From Chiloscyllium plagiosum (Eukaryota), in contig NC_057718.1 of assembly GCF_004010195.1 (NCBI RefSeq), positions 58,433,704 through 58,481,148 on the forward strand: 47,445 nt of DNA, written 5' to 3'. Positions within the stretch are counted from its first letter, which is position 1, and each line of letters opens with the position of its first letter. A program made the translations under genes and the position numbers. The notes under the pieces are model-generated. The model was not told where the DNA came from and did not search any database. It worked only from the letters and a program-made list of their open reading frames with translations. This document shows, in pieces, positions 10,328 through 23,531 of this stretch.

Positions 10328-13070
10328 TAGAACATAGAACATAGAACAGTTCAGCACAGTACAGGCCCTTCTACTCATGATATTGGGCCGAGCATTTATC
10401 TTAATCTAAGATCAACCTAACCTACACACCCATCAAACTACTGCTGTCTATGTGCTTGTACAGCAGTCACTTAAATGACCCTAATGTCTCTGACTCTACT
10501 ACCACTGCTGGCAGTGCATTCTACGCTCTGTATAAAGTATCTACCTCTGACATCTCCCCTACACCTTCCTCAAATCACCTGAAACTTGTCACCCCTCGTG
10601 ACAGCCATTTCTGCCCTGGGGAAAAATCTCTGGTGATCTACTCTATCTATGCTTCTCATTACCTTGTACACCTCTATTAAGTCACCTCTCTTCCTTCTCT
10701 CCAGTGTGAAAAGCCCGAGCTCACTCAACCTCTCTTCATAAGACAAGCCCTGCAATCCAGGCAGCATCCTGGTAAATCTCCTCTGTACCCTCTCTAAAGC
10801 ATCTACATCCTTCCAATAATGAGGCAACTAGAATTGGACACAATATTCCAAGTGTGGTCTAACCAGTATTTCATAGAGCTGTAGCAGAACCTCCCGGCTC
10901 TTAAACTCAATCCCCCATTAATGAAAGTCAAAACACCATATGCCTTTTTAATAAGTCTATCAACTTGGATGGCAACTATTGAGGGATCTATATACATGGA
11001 CACCAAGATCCCGCTGTTCCTCCATACTGCCAAGCATCCTGTCTTTAACCCTGTATTCAGCACTCAAATTCGACCTTCCAAGATGATTCACTTCAATCCA
11101 GGTTGAACTCCATCTGTCAGTCCAACTCTGTAGCCTGTTAATGTCTTGTTGTAACCCCAACAGCCCTCAACACTATCTACACCACTAACCATTGTGTCAT
11201 CGGCAAACTTACTAAACTACCCTTCCACTTCTTCATCCAAGTCATTTATAAATACTAAAAAGAGCAGAGGCCCAAGAACAGATCCCTGCTGGACACCACT
11301 GGTCACTGACCCACATGCAGAATATTTTCCATCCACTACCACTCACTGTCTTCTTTCAACCAGCCAATTCTGTATCCAGACAGCCAAATTTCCCAGTATC
11401 CCATACCTCCTAACTTTCTGAATGAGCCTACCATGGTGAACCTTACCAAATGCCTTACTGAAATCCAAATACTTCACATCCACTGTTCGACCTTTGTCAA
11501 CTTGTCTCATCACATTCTCAAAGAACTCAGTGAGGCTTGTGAGGCATGACCTGCCCCTCACAAAGCCATGCTGACTATTGTTAATCAAACCATGTTTTTT
11601 CAATAGTCATATATCTTATCTCTCAGAGTCCTTTCCAGTAACCTACTTACCATAGGCAGAAGACTTATTGGTCTGTAATTCTCAGGGATTTTCTTGAACA
11701 GAGGGACATTTGCCTCCCTCCAATCAGCCAGTACTACTCCTGTTGTTATGAAGGTGTAAGGAGTACTGTACTTTTAAGAGAGCTGAAGGACTTAGCCATC
11801 ACACAGAATGCTTGCTGAAGAATTTACAATGTAACATTTGGTCCAGCAGCTAGCAGTACCTGGGTTGCTATGAGACAAAAACAAAACAGATTCAAATTCG
11901 GCCAATCAGTTTAAATTATGCCCCCAGATACTAAACTCCAATCAAGTTTGAATTTGGTATTTTGACAATATTAAAACCAATGAAACGATCCGATACTTTG
12001 GGGTGTAAGACTGGGAAAAATTGAACAGTTGGAGAACTGCCAAAAGATCAACAGATGTAGGAACTCTCTGAGAGGTACCTGTCTGGAGAAGGAGTTTACA
12101 CATGAAAAAAGATCGACACCGACCTGGAGAGCAGATATACAGAGGAAGATACGAAGAGAAGATATGACAGCTGGCTGATTTTGAAGTTTGAATTTTCCTG
12201 TAAATCTTAATCGGGGCTTTTATTGGACCGGTATTGTAGAGGAGAAGGTAAAAGATAGGTTTAGATAAATGACTTGTAAATAGTTGTTAGTTAATTATTC
12301 TCTGTAAGACTTAAAAAAATTAACTTGTTAATTTTAATTTTTAATAGTGACTTTTGGGATAGTTCTTTGCCTCTCGAACTTTCATAGATTACAGCATGGG
12401 GTGAATCTTTTCTGTGTGTTGGGTTTAAATTAGCGGGGGGGAGGGGTTTACCCCATGTCTTAACACTGTGGAGAATGAGGATCATTGCCAGAGGTGCAGC
12501 AATCTCATTCTTCACTTCCTGTAGTAACCTTGGATGTAGCTGGTCCGCCCCTCGGGACCCCTCTATCTTGATGCTTCCCAGGATTTCCAGCACATCCACT
12601 TTCTATTAACCTGGTCCATGGTGTTCTCACTATCAACAAGGTCCATCTCTCTAGTGAATACTGAAGCAGAAAACTCATTTAGGGCCTCCCCAACCTCTTC
12701 AGACTCCAGGCACAAATTCCCTCCACTATCCCTGACCAGCCCTACTGTCTCTCTGATCATTCTCTTATTCCTCACGTAAATGTAGAATGCTTTTGGGTTT
12801 CCCTAATCCATCCCTCCAAGGCGTTTTTGTGCCCCCTCCTGGCTCACCTCAGTCAATTTTAGAGTACTTTCTTAGCGACCCTGTAATCCTCTAAAGCTGT
12901 GCCAGATCGTTGCTTCCTCAACCTTAAGAAATCTTCCTTCTTCCACTTGATGAGAAGCTTCTCTGCTCTTGCCATCCAAGGTTCCTTTACCGTACCATTC
13001 CTTGCCTGTCTCAGTGGGACAAAGTTATCCCACACTCACAACAAGTGCTCCTCAAACAGCTTCCACATTT
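10328..13070 (-). mobile_element. CR1 LINE, 5'-truncated, split by a solo LTR
   Basis: QHGFVRGRSCLT, YLDFSKAF, QGSVLGP, FADD, RGDLIEVYK; (TAGAACA)n tail at 10328-10348. Confidence 0.92.
11744..12465 (+). mobile_element. Solo LTR related to the Gmr1-like element
   Basis: TGTTATGAAGGTG...TAACA; 4-bp TSD CTGT at 11740-11743 and 12466-12469; shares CAGTTTAAATTATGCCCC with the 3' LTR. Confidence 0.9.
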
Positions 13071-13287
13071 CTGTTCTGCAAACCTATTGATTCCACAAGA
13101 GCTGAATGTGTTGACATTGCTTCGATTTGTGGATACAGGAAGTATTCTCATGCTGTTCCCTGTGTTCAAGTTGGGTAGAAGTAACTCTTGTTTGGTACTT
13201 TGGAACTTTTATTGAAAGTGGATTATCTGAATATAACAAATGGTAGGAAATCTCTCTGTTATAGGTGACATTGTTATAAATGGGAGC

Positions 13288-13411
13288 AAAGAACTGCGAT
13301 GCTGGAATCTGAATCAAAAATAGAAAGTGCTGGAGAAACTCAGCAGGTCTGGCAGTATCTGTGCAGAGAAAGCAGAGTCAATATTTTGGGTCCAGTGACC
13401 CTTCTTCAGAA
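13288..13411 (-). mobile_element. Penelope-like pLTR fragment with degenerate hammerhead
   Basis: Minus strand reads CTGAAGAAGGGTCACTGGACCCAAAATATTGAC; the GATGCTGGAA...CAGCAGGTCTGGCAG pattern resembles 6825-6890. Confidence 0.65.
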
Positions 13412-13689
13412 TTGATTTACTAGGAACAAATGATATAGGAACAAGCTGAAGACAGGCATTAAAGGTGAGAGAGGAAGGAGTAAATAATAAGGGGAGCTTG
13501 AGCCAGGAGAGTGAACAACAGTTGGGCAGATAAAGGAATGGGTAATGGTGAGCCCATTAGGTTAAATTACTGCCTGACCAATGGTCCAAATCCACTGGTG
13601 AAAATGTGAGTACAAACTCAGCAGTGGAATAGGCTGGCTACCAACACATTTTGTGGCATATTTACACCCCCCAGCTGAAGAAAGCACGG

Positions 13690-15480
13690 GAGAAGGCTGA
13701 AGGGAGAGTATGCAGTTAGCATTTGGGAGAAATAAATAAATAATCAAAATCTAATCAAACAGAGTCAACACGGCTTCATGAAAGCGTAGTCGTGCCTGTC
13801 TATTATGTGAAACTTTTTCAAGGAAGTCTCAACCAGAGTGACTAGAGGGGATCCAGTAGATGTGTTGCATTTACACTTCCAGAATGAATTCAACAAGGTA
13901 CTTCATGAATAGCTAAATCATAAAGGTAAGAGTCCATGATGTTTCAGGTAGTATATTGGCATGGATAGACAATTGGTTCATTGGCAGGAAACAGTGTGTG
14001 GGGATAAGGGGTTCTTTTTCAGGTTGGCAACCTGGGACTTGTGATGTTCAAAAGGGTTTAGTGCTGGGACCATAACTGTTTACAAAATACAGGTAGAAGA
14101 GCCTTTATCCGAATATCCAAAAACTGAAAAGCGAGCAGTTAACCCAAGTCGACACCCACTCAATGCGTGTCACTCAGATGTAACACAGGGGGCATGACCA
14201 AGCACCAACAAGCCTGGAGTTTCTCTGTGAATGCCCCCAAGTTGACACCCACTCAATGTGTGTCACTCAGATGCGACGTGCGGGGTGGGAGGGGGGGGGT
14301 GCCTGATCAAGCACCAACAGGCCTGGGGTTTCTCTGTGAACGCTCCCAAGTTGACTCGATACGTGTCACTCAGGGTTGACTTGGGGGTGGCATGGCCAAG
14401 CACGTTTTTAGTTAGAAGTCTGCTTCCCTGGTAAGATTTTTAAAACTTTCACCATTAAACTGTCACATTCTGAAAACCAAAAAATTCCAAATTCTGAAAA
14501 AAACAGCTGAACCTGAGCATTTCGGATAAAGGATCTTCTACCTGGATATTAATGACTTGGCTGAAGGAAATGAAAGTACTGTAGTCAAATTTGCAGATGA
14601 CCCAAAAATAGGTGGAAAGGCAGGTTGTGAAAGGGATACAAACAATTTTACAGCGAGATACTGAAATGTGAAGTTAGAAAGTAAGACATTGGCAATTTGA
14701 ATGTATTATGAGAAAATGTAAAGTTATTTGTTTTGGAAGGGAGAACAAAATAACAGAATATTATTTAAAAATTATAGTAACCTGCAAGATAAGGAGATAT
14801 TTGTGCATGAAACACAGAAAGCTAACACATTGCTGCAGCTGGTAATCAGGAAGGCTAATGGAATGTTGGCCGTTATTTCCAGGGGATAGAAGTGTAAGAG
14901 CAGGGATATCTTACTGCAACTGTACAAGGTGCTGGTGAGACTACATCTGGAGTACTGTAAATAGTTTTGTCCTCCTTCTTTAAAGAAAGATATTTTTTCA
15001 TAGGAGGCAGATCACAATATGTTCACAAGGATGATCTCCAATATGGAGGGATTGTCTTACAAGCAAATACTAAACAGGTTGGGACTCTACTCACTGGATT
15101 GTAGAAGAATGAGTGGTGATCTCATTGAAACAATAGGATTCTTAAGGAACTTGACAGGGTAAGTGCAGAGAGGATGTTTCCCATCATGGGAGAGCCTCGG
15201 ACCAGAGGACATAATCTAAGAATAAAGGGGTGCAAATGTATGAGTCAGGTGAGGAGGAATTTCTTTTCTCAGAGGGTTGTAAGTCTTGGAAACACTTTGT
15301 CACTGAGAGCTGTGGGGTAGAGTTCTTGTTTATATTAAAGGCTGAGATAGATTATTGATTAGTACGGGAATTGAGGGTTACAGGCAAAGGACAAAAAAGC
15401 CATGATCCTTTTGAATGACAAAGAAGGTTTGAGGGGCCAAATGGCCAACTCTTGTTATTATTTGTGATGGACTTATGGTA
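13690..15480 (+). mobile_element. CR1 LINE fragment
   Basis: SQHGFM, GLVLGP*LFT..INDL, KFADD, YKVLVRLHLEYC and a CR1 3' UTR. Confidence 0.88.
14090..14544. mobile_element. Tigger/pogo-type MITE with internal tandem repeats
   Basis: 24-bp TIRs CAGGTAGAAGAGCCTTTATCCGAA / TTCGGATAAAGGATCTTCTACCTG (1 mismatch); TA on the left; splits the CR1 LFTIYINDL motif. Confidence 0.88.
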
Positions 15481-16049
15481 ACACAGAAACTCACAGGGGT
15501 AGGGAAGAAAAACACCAATGGCAAGTGTGCAAAGGAACACCTCGTTAAGCCATGAAGGAACTTAACCAGCAGGAACCCATCATGGATACCTTTTTAGAGA
15601 GTATCATGTGCACACAGAGGTTGAGTTCAGCATAGAAAAGTAAATGTATGTAAGGAAGGTGGTTCACCCATTGTCAAGAAAGGGGCAGCAAATGATCACA
15701 CAATGAATAGTCACTTCATATGCCAGGGTTTCAGTTGGTAAGGTGGACAGATGTAGGTTTATGTGGATCGGTTGGGTGACAACCTGGGGAGCAGTGAAGT
15801 TCATGTGGTTATGAGAAGGGTTACCAGCAAGGGGAGTAGGATGTTTAGAGCTTCACTAACACGTTGATGTGGAGGTTGGAAGCCATGCACCAAGGAGTGT
15901 TCACCTTACGTTGTGCTGTTTCACTTGAAGCTAGATAAAGAGATGAAAGTAAGGTGAAATCAGCGACATTTACTTTTTAAAAAGTGCAAAATCACATAGA
16001 TTGAATTGTCACCTAAGCCATGAAAGTGCACTCAATATATTTTCTTCTT

Positions 16050-17720
16050 TCTCTCCCACCCACAATTTTCTTGGTCTGCTCTCTGGTTCCACAGCCACTC
16101 ATCAGGACAGCAGGTTGGCCCTAGGGGTTTGGTCAAGCAACAGCAGGAAGGGCCAGAGAAAACAGAGACAGATCGACCCTCATGAACTTCAGCTTTGGAG
16201 GGCGAAAGTGGACCTGTCACCTCTGGAGTGTCCTGAGTGGAGATTTCTGAGGATCCTGCATGTGGTTCCTCCTCCTGGTAATGCCATTGTGAGGAAGGGG
16301 TACCTGATGTATTCCTGATGAAGGGCTTTTGTCCAAAACGTCGATTTTGCTGCTCCTTGGATGCTGCCTGAACTGCTGTGCTCTTCCAGCACCACTAATC
16401 CAGAATCTGCAGTCATTGTTTTTACCTACCTGATGTATGTAGCAGGTTCCCCATGCCTCTGTCCTCAGAACCACTGGCTGGGTTGACAAAGTGGTAGTTG
16501 TACACACCTTTTCACCAGTCCCGAGGGGAGCTGGGCCTGAGTCATATTGACTCCCTGTCCTGCTGCAGCTTCTGTGCAGGGAGGGCCATTCTCACCCACA
16601 TTCCTATCTGCTGCTGCTGTTCCCTTCTGTGTGTGAAGTCCCTAATGGCAGACATCATAGGGTCCTCTCCTGCCCATGCCTGAGAAGGTGGCTGGTCTCT
16701 GGCAAGCCTTTAAAACGATTTGGGGCATTTCTTCCTTGGCCAGTTGTATAGCTGTCACAATGAGGTGCTTACCAACTTGTGTTCTCACACTTTCTGAGGC
16801 TAATGTTCACACAGTGGTGTAAGTATCTGAGCTGGTGCAAGATTCAGGAGGCAGCCATACTACTACTGTTTCTGAGGCCACATTACTGTCATCCTCAGAG
16901 CTCCAGGAGGTGTGCTAAGCATTTCTGCACAGAGGTGGTGGACTCTGTGAGTGTACCTGCAAGACCAAAGAGAGAGAGAGAAGCTGGTCTTGCTGAGTGG
17001 TTAGAAGTGGTATGCAATGCATGGGAATGACAGCGACATTATTGTGAGAGTTGCAGGGGAATGACAAGTTATTCTTACTCAGTTTGCAGGACATCCCCAG
17101 TGGAGTAGTCTGGTTTTCTCCTGTTTGAGTCAGGTGTCTCTATCTTTCTAGAGACTGAGGAATCTGTTTGTCCAAGCCCTTCTTGACCTATTGTGGGATG
17201 CTCCATCCTGTAATAAGAGAAATGGAGAGATTGAATGAGGTGAAAGTGGGAGGCACAGCTGTTTGTGCTAGTGCAAGAAGGCAAAATGCACAGATGCTCC
17301 CAGGGAGGGGGGAGGCAGTGCAGAGGCAATTCAAGATGAGTAGTGCAGGCGCACATTGCACAGTGGGCATGCAGGGGTGAGGTACGACAGTGAATGAGGG
17401 AAGTTGTTACTGGTAAGAGCAGAGAATAAGGTTTTATGGGAGATGGGTGTAGTAGCAGAGAAAGAGCAGAGAATTTGATTGACCTTGTTATGCCATTACT
17501 GGCCCTTCCTCTAAACCATCGATATGACACTGAACAGGGTGGCACTGAACAGGACCTGATGGCATGGCCCCCTCTGCCGATCCTCCAGAAACAGAGCACC
17601 CCTCTTCTGCATCACCTCCTTGACCAGGACCTTCAGGAGAATCATGAAGCCATCTTCCCCTTCATCAATATGTTGAGCATCTATATACGAATGAGCAGGG
17701 CAGCTTAGAATGCATGGTAA
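16050..17720 (-). mobile_element. PIF/Harbinger remnant: intron-containing Myb-like partner gene
   Basis: Minus ~17480-17660 reads LVKEVMQKRGALF...HNKVNQIL (Myb/SANT-like). Exon-like 17079-17207 is flanked by TTACAG / GTAAGA; another acceptor lies at 16957-16959. Confidence 0.55.
16311..16426 (+). mobile_element. Short Penelope-like element (single arm) with degenerate hammerhead
   Basis: Same sequence as one arm of 6808-7038; TACCTGATGTAT is duplicated at 16301-16312 and 16427-16438. Confidence 0.85.
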
Positions 17721-17874
17721 TATGATTCCCTAATGTGTTGTGATGGCTGCCATGTGGGTAGGATAGGTAATTAATGTGGCTCATATGGTAAGGTATGGTG
17801 AAGAAACTCAGTAGGTCTTGTGGCTGAAACCCTCCAGACAAAATCTTGACATAACTCGGACTGGACCAAAGCAC

Positions 17875-19025
17875 AGAGTCATAAAGCCATGCAGCACAGA
17901 AATAGACCCTGCAGTCCAACCCGTAAACACCAAACATAATCCCAAACTAAACTAGTCTCATTTGCCTACTACTGGGACATATCCCTCCAAATGTTTCCTA
18001 TTCATTTACTTGTCTAAGTGTCTTTTAAACGTTGTAAATGTGTTTACTTCAACCACTTCCTCAGGAGGTTAATTCCACAAGTGAACAGTCTCTGTTTAAA
18101 ACAATTTGACCCTCATGTCTTTTTTAAATCTTTCCCCTCTCATCATAAAAATGTGCCCCCAACTTTTGAAACCCTCCATCCGAGGGAAAAGATACCTGCC
18201 ATTAACCCTATCTATACTCCTCATGATTTTATAAACCTCTATAAGGTAATCTCTTAACCTCCAATGCTCCAGTGGAAAAAAGTCCCATTCTATCCAGACT
18301 TTCTTTATAACTCAAACCTTCCATACCCAGCAACCTCCTGAAAAATTTCTTCTGAACCCTCTCTAGCTTGATAATCTCCTTCCTATAACTGGATGACCAG
18401 AAAAGGGAATAATACTCCAGAAAAGGCCTCACCAATGTCCTGTACAACCTCAACATGATTTCCCAATTCCTATATTGTCAGTTCTGCTATAATGTGCATT
18501 TCTTCCACACAAATTGGCTATAACGCGAATGAAGAATTTAGACCATCATTTGTATAACGTGAACTTTCCTTACCTGTATTGGCTATAACATGATTCCAGT
18601 CCTATTGGTTTAAATGGTGCTGCTATTACATGATTTTCTTATATCGCAGGATCACATGGGAATGGAACTATCGTGTTATATCAAAACAGACTGTACTCAA
18701 AGGACTGAGTAATGAAGACAAGCATACTAAATGTCTTTTTAACCACCCTGTCCATATGTGACAAAAATTTCAAAGAATTAAGTACTTGAACCCTGAGCTC
18801 CTTCTGTTCTTCAACACTGCTTAAGGCCTACCATTAATTGTATAAGTCCTGCACCTGTTTGTTGTACCAAAATGCAATACTCTGCATTTATCCAGATTGA
18901 ACTCCAGCTGCCATTTTTCAGCCCATTGACCTATTTGATCAAGATCCCTTTGTCATCTTAGGAAACCTTCTTCACTGTCTACTGTGCCACCAATTTTGGT
19001 GTTGTTGACAAACTTACTAACCATG
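17875..19025 (-). mobile_element. CR1 LINE 3' fragment
   Basis: LYRTLVRPFLEY..FWS, KLERVQK and a CR1 3' end. Confidence 0.88.
18475..18693. mobile_element. MITE, same family as 7332-7550
   Basis: GTCAGTTCTGCTATAA...TTATATCAAAACAGACTG followed by TA; shared internal TTTAAATGGTGCTGCT. Confidence 0.8.
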
Positions 19026-19389
19026 CCAGATTCAGCCCATACTCAGGTCTTGCCCAGGAAATGTAGAAGCAAGCAAGTAACCTTCTGCTAGTTCAATAAT
19101 GAAGCTTCAGACATGTCTACAGCCAGAAAAGTGGTCACAGAATCTGAGCTATCAAAAATTGTGGAATCAGAAAGGGATCTTCAATTCTGCAAGGAAGAGA
19201 TCTCAAAGCTTTAAGACTGATTCATCAAAGCTTCCATCAGAACGGAGGGTGCAACAACTGTACTGTCAGAAGCCAGTTGTTTGAAACGAATCTTTGCAAT
19301 CATGCTCATCACATTTGCATGAGCTTGGCATGTTTAGAGAAAAAAGCTATTCAATCCTCAGCAAAGCCTTGCTAAAACAAAGGACAACA

Positions 19390-20540
19390 GTTTTTTTTTT
19401 AATGCATTCAAGGGGTGTGGGCATCCTTGACTCGGACAGGTATTTATTTCCCATCTATAATTACCCCAGAGAAGGTGGAGGTGAACTGCCTTCTTATATT
19501 GATGCGTTCGTTGGGTGCTCAATGCTGTCAGGGAGGGAGTTCCAGGATTATAACCCAGTGAGAGTGAAGAAATATTTCTATCTGTGACCTGGAAGGGAAT
19601 TGTAGCTGGTAGATGTCGTGGGTTTGGAAATTGCTCTCAAGAGAACCTTTGTGAGTTTTTACAGGACATCCTGTAGATGGTACTCACTGTTATCACGGTG
19701 TGTCAGTGATAAAGGCAGTGAATGTTGCAGGTGGTGGATGGGGGTGTCAGTCAAGAAGATAGCTTTCTCCTGGATGGTGTAGCATTTTTGTGTGTGGTTG
19801 GACCCATCCAGGCATGTGGAAAGCATCACACTCCTGATTTGTGCCTTGTGAATGTATGGTTGGGAGATGAAATACTTGCTACAGCATTTCCAGCCTCTGA
19901 TCTGTTCTTGTAGCCACATTATTTATATGACTGGTCCAGTTCAGCTGCAGTTCAATTACATCCCCCAGGATATTGATAGAGGGGGATTCAGTGAGGACAT
20001 TACATTTGAATCTCAAGGGGTAATATTTAGATTCTCTGTTGTAGAATGTCAATGCCTGGTACTTGTATTGCATGACTGTTCCTTGCCACATATTATCCAA
20101 GCTTGGATATTGCCCAGGTCATGCTGCATATGGACACTGATTGCTTCAATATCGAAAGCATCACAAATGGTACTGAACATTGTGCAAACATCATTGAAAA
20201 TCTCCACCACTGAACTTATGATGAAAGAAAGTCATTGATGAAGCAGCTAAAGATAGTTGGACCTAGGACACCATACTGCATGCTGTGAATTATGAAGTCG
20301 AGTCTATTGAGCTTCAACAATCACGTATCATCTTCCTTTGTGCTAGGTACAACTCCATCCATTGGGGAGTTATGTCCCTGATTCTCATTAGCTCCAGTTT
20401 TGCCAGGATTCTTTGATGCTGGTTGAATGCTGCCTTGATGTCAAGTACAGTCACACTTAGCTCACATCTGGAGCTTAGATCCTTTGTCCATTTTTGAACC
20501 AAGATTATAATGAGATCCACAGCTGACTAACTCAGTGGAA
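19390..20540 (-). mobile_element. Old CR1/L2-group LINE (second family)
   Basis: VTVLDIKAAF, WMELYLAQRKM, KAQIRSVM; the 3' end is the reverse complement of 20950-21055. Confidence 0.75.
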
Positions 20541-20689
20541 TCTGGTACTGGAGGTCCTGACACAACTGCTCCAGTACTCTGCTCAGTGCTCTCCCTTAAC
20601 ATCACCACCTACCGTTGGAGGTTCCATATTAAGCCTGTTGCTGCTCATTCACAAAAGTATAAATCTCTCATTTTCACCATTGGCGCAGT

Positions 20690-21058
20690 AGCAGCAGTGT
20701 GTATCATCTAGATGATGCACTGCAGAAATTCTCCAAGGCTCCTTGTTCAACACCTTTCAATTCCATGACCACTTCCATGTGAAGGTCAAGGGCAGCAGAT
20801 ACATGGGAATACTACCATCACAAGTTCTCCTCCAAGCCACACACCAGACTAACTTGAAAATATATCGCCAATCCTTCAATGTTGTTGGATCAGAATCCTG
20901 GAATTCCCTCCCTAATGGCATTGTGAGTTGACTTCCAACACATGAACTACAGCAGTTCAAAAAGGCAGCTCATCACCACCTTCTCATGTGCAATTAGGAA
21001 TGGCCATTACATATTGTCCCAACCAGTGATGCCCACATCACAAGAGTGAATTTTAAAA
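20690..21058 (+). mobile_element. 3' fragment of the same second LINE family
   Basis: SWNSLPNGIV, QFKKAAHHHLL, A-rich end. Confidence 0.75.
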
Positions 21059-21849
21059 AGTTCATTTTTTAAGTCCCACTTTTGGTCACAGTGGGGTTAT
21101 TACATTGCTCTTCGAATTCTCACTTCGATGTTTGAATCAAACTCAGACCAAAAGAAAGGAAGCTTTTGGTCTTTAATGTTTGTTATGATTGTATGTGTAT
21201 TATTTTTGATCTTAATCTAATTTTCCAATAAATCCAGCAATGTGTGAGAAAATGACAATCACTTGTTACTAATTAGCATTAAATCTTGGAGATGAATTGG
21301 GGAAATATTCTGAGAATACTACTGTCATTCTCGATAACAGTCACAGGAGGTGGACCATATTTTCATTCATGATTCATGCCAATAAAGAGAAGTACTTCAG
21401 TTATGTACTTTCACCTTTTGAAAGGCTATTGTGATTATAGTTCATCAACTGTATTTTCACAAATTCTGTAAGTTGCCACCCTGTGAAGTAGGATGAGTCA
21501 AAATACTAAAGTCTTTAGTTTGGCAGTGTTCCTGTTTATGATACATTTTGCTTCTTTTACAATAATGTTTCTGTCTGCATTATGCATTCATTCCAAATAG
21601 ATGAAACAATCAAGCAAGAATCATGCAGATAATGATAAATGTGTGACCAGAAAGTGATAATCAAGAGAGCAGAGTTACCATCTGCACCAGATTTTCTATT
21701 TTCTTTTAAACCGTTATCATGAGAAAGAGTTGAAGCATTCTCTAACACCTTATCCATTGTGTTTTCCCTTTCTCATAGTCAGTTTGCCATTCCATTCTTA
21801 CTTTTTTACACTAAAAAGAACCTTCAGAGTTCTGATGGAGTCTTCCAAT

Positions 21850-22420
21850 CACAGATCCTACAGAACTTTTGGAATATTGTGTGCAATTCTGGTCTCCTTC
21901 CTATTGGAAGGTAGTTATGAAACTTGTAAAGGTTCAAAAAAAGATTTACAAGGATGTTGCCAGGGTTGGATAGTTTGAGCTGTAGGGAGAGGCTGAGTAG
22001 GCTGGCGCTGTTTTCCCTGAAGCGTTGGAAGCTGAGGGGTGACCTTATAATGGTTTATAAAATCATGAGGGGCATAGATAGAAAAATAGACAAAGTCTCT
22101 TCCCTAAGGTGGGGGAGTCCAAAACTAGAGGGCATGGGTTTCGGGGCAAGAGGGAAAAGATTTAAAAGGTATCTAGGGGGAAAGGTTTTCACGCATAGGG
22201 TGGTGTGTGTATGGAATAAGCTGCCAGAGGAAGTGCTGGAGGCTGGTACAATTACAACATTTGAAAAGACATTTGGATGGGTATATGATTAGGAAGGGTT
22301 TAGAGGAATATGGGCCAAGTGCTTACAAATAGGACAAGATTAATTTAGGATATCTGGTCAGCATGGATAACTTGCACCGAAGGGTCTGTTTCTACGCTGT
22401 ACATCTCAATGATGCTTTGA
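21850..22420 (+). mobile_element. CR1 LINE 3' fragment
   Basis: LRGDLIMVYKIMRG, VWNKLPEEV and a CR1 3' UTR. Confidence 0.9.
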
Positions 22421-23531
22421 CTCTAAATGTAGTGTATATCTTTAATCTGACTCCATCATTGTAATGCTGGGTAATCAGGGCAAGGCAAACTACAGCCCCT
22501 TTTCCGTGGCAGTACTTACCATTTTCTGTGACGTAAATGTCCAGCACCACAGACAGGCACTTTGGCAGCTTCTGGGAAAGGATAAACATACCACTTGTAT
22601 CTCTCTGTCCCTGTTTTGAGAGATCTGCCCGATAGTCCTCTGGAACTGAGCCAACTTTATGTTCTTTATAAGTGCCGGAGTTGGTGTACCAGGCAGTGTT
22701 CCTTCTAATTTTCTTATTGGCTGCTCATTTCCTGAAATGTGTGCAGAAGCCAATGGCCATGTGCAGCACATCAGAGTTGTTGCATATGCACTCATCTTAG
22801 GGTGAATGTTGGTGCTAAGTGGGAAGGTACAAATATGTCAGGTAGGTGACAGGCAGATAATTCAATGAGATACCATGTGGGTGGGTGCCAGGGTAGAGGG
22901 TAAGCAGGGTGGTAATGTGCTAGGTGTTTACGGTGGCAGAGTACCAAGTGGGCAGGGAGCCAGTAGACCAGTTGGGGAGTGAGAGAACAAGGCGAGAATC
23001 ATGTCACGAACGTGATTAAATGTTTAGGACATGTTAGAATTTGTGAGAAGTCTGTGCTGGTGCAGAGAGTGGGTCTGGATGAGGGAGGGGAATGGTGGAT
23101 GTGAAGTTCAGGGGGCAGAGGGAGTGGTTGTTGGTTCCAGAGGTTGAGAGGGAAGGTGGAGGAAGGCTCTAGGGTGTGTTGCTGGTTCAGGACGGGTTGG
23201 TATTTGGTTCTGGGGATATCGAGGAGGTGTTGCAAGTCACCGAGGGAAATAAGGACTTCTCAGGTCCTCGGAAGTGAAATGTTAGGTTCTAGGGGGCTGA
23301 GGGAATGTGTGTGATGGGTATTGGAGGAGGGCTGTCAGGATCTTGGGTGAGGGAAAGGTCAGGAGGAGGAAGTTTAGTTCTTAGCTGAACAAGCCTTATC
23401 AAGGCTCCGGCTCAATAGGGGATGAGAGGTGCTGGCCGGCTGCTGGGGTAGGAGTGGGACAAGAGGTGGCGGGAAGCTATTAACTAAAGGGAAGGTCCTG
23501 CCATTCAAAGGAGTTTATAAAGGTAGTGCAT

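Noticed and set aside
13084..13317. Cys-containing short ORFs on both strands as host exons
   Set aside because: No recognisable homology and weak splice sites.
19040..19385. Coding-like stretch between two LINEs
   Set aside because: Contains stops and no assignable motif; probably an old TE fragment.
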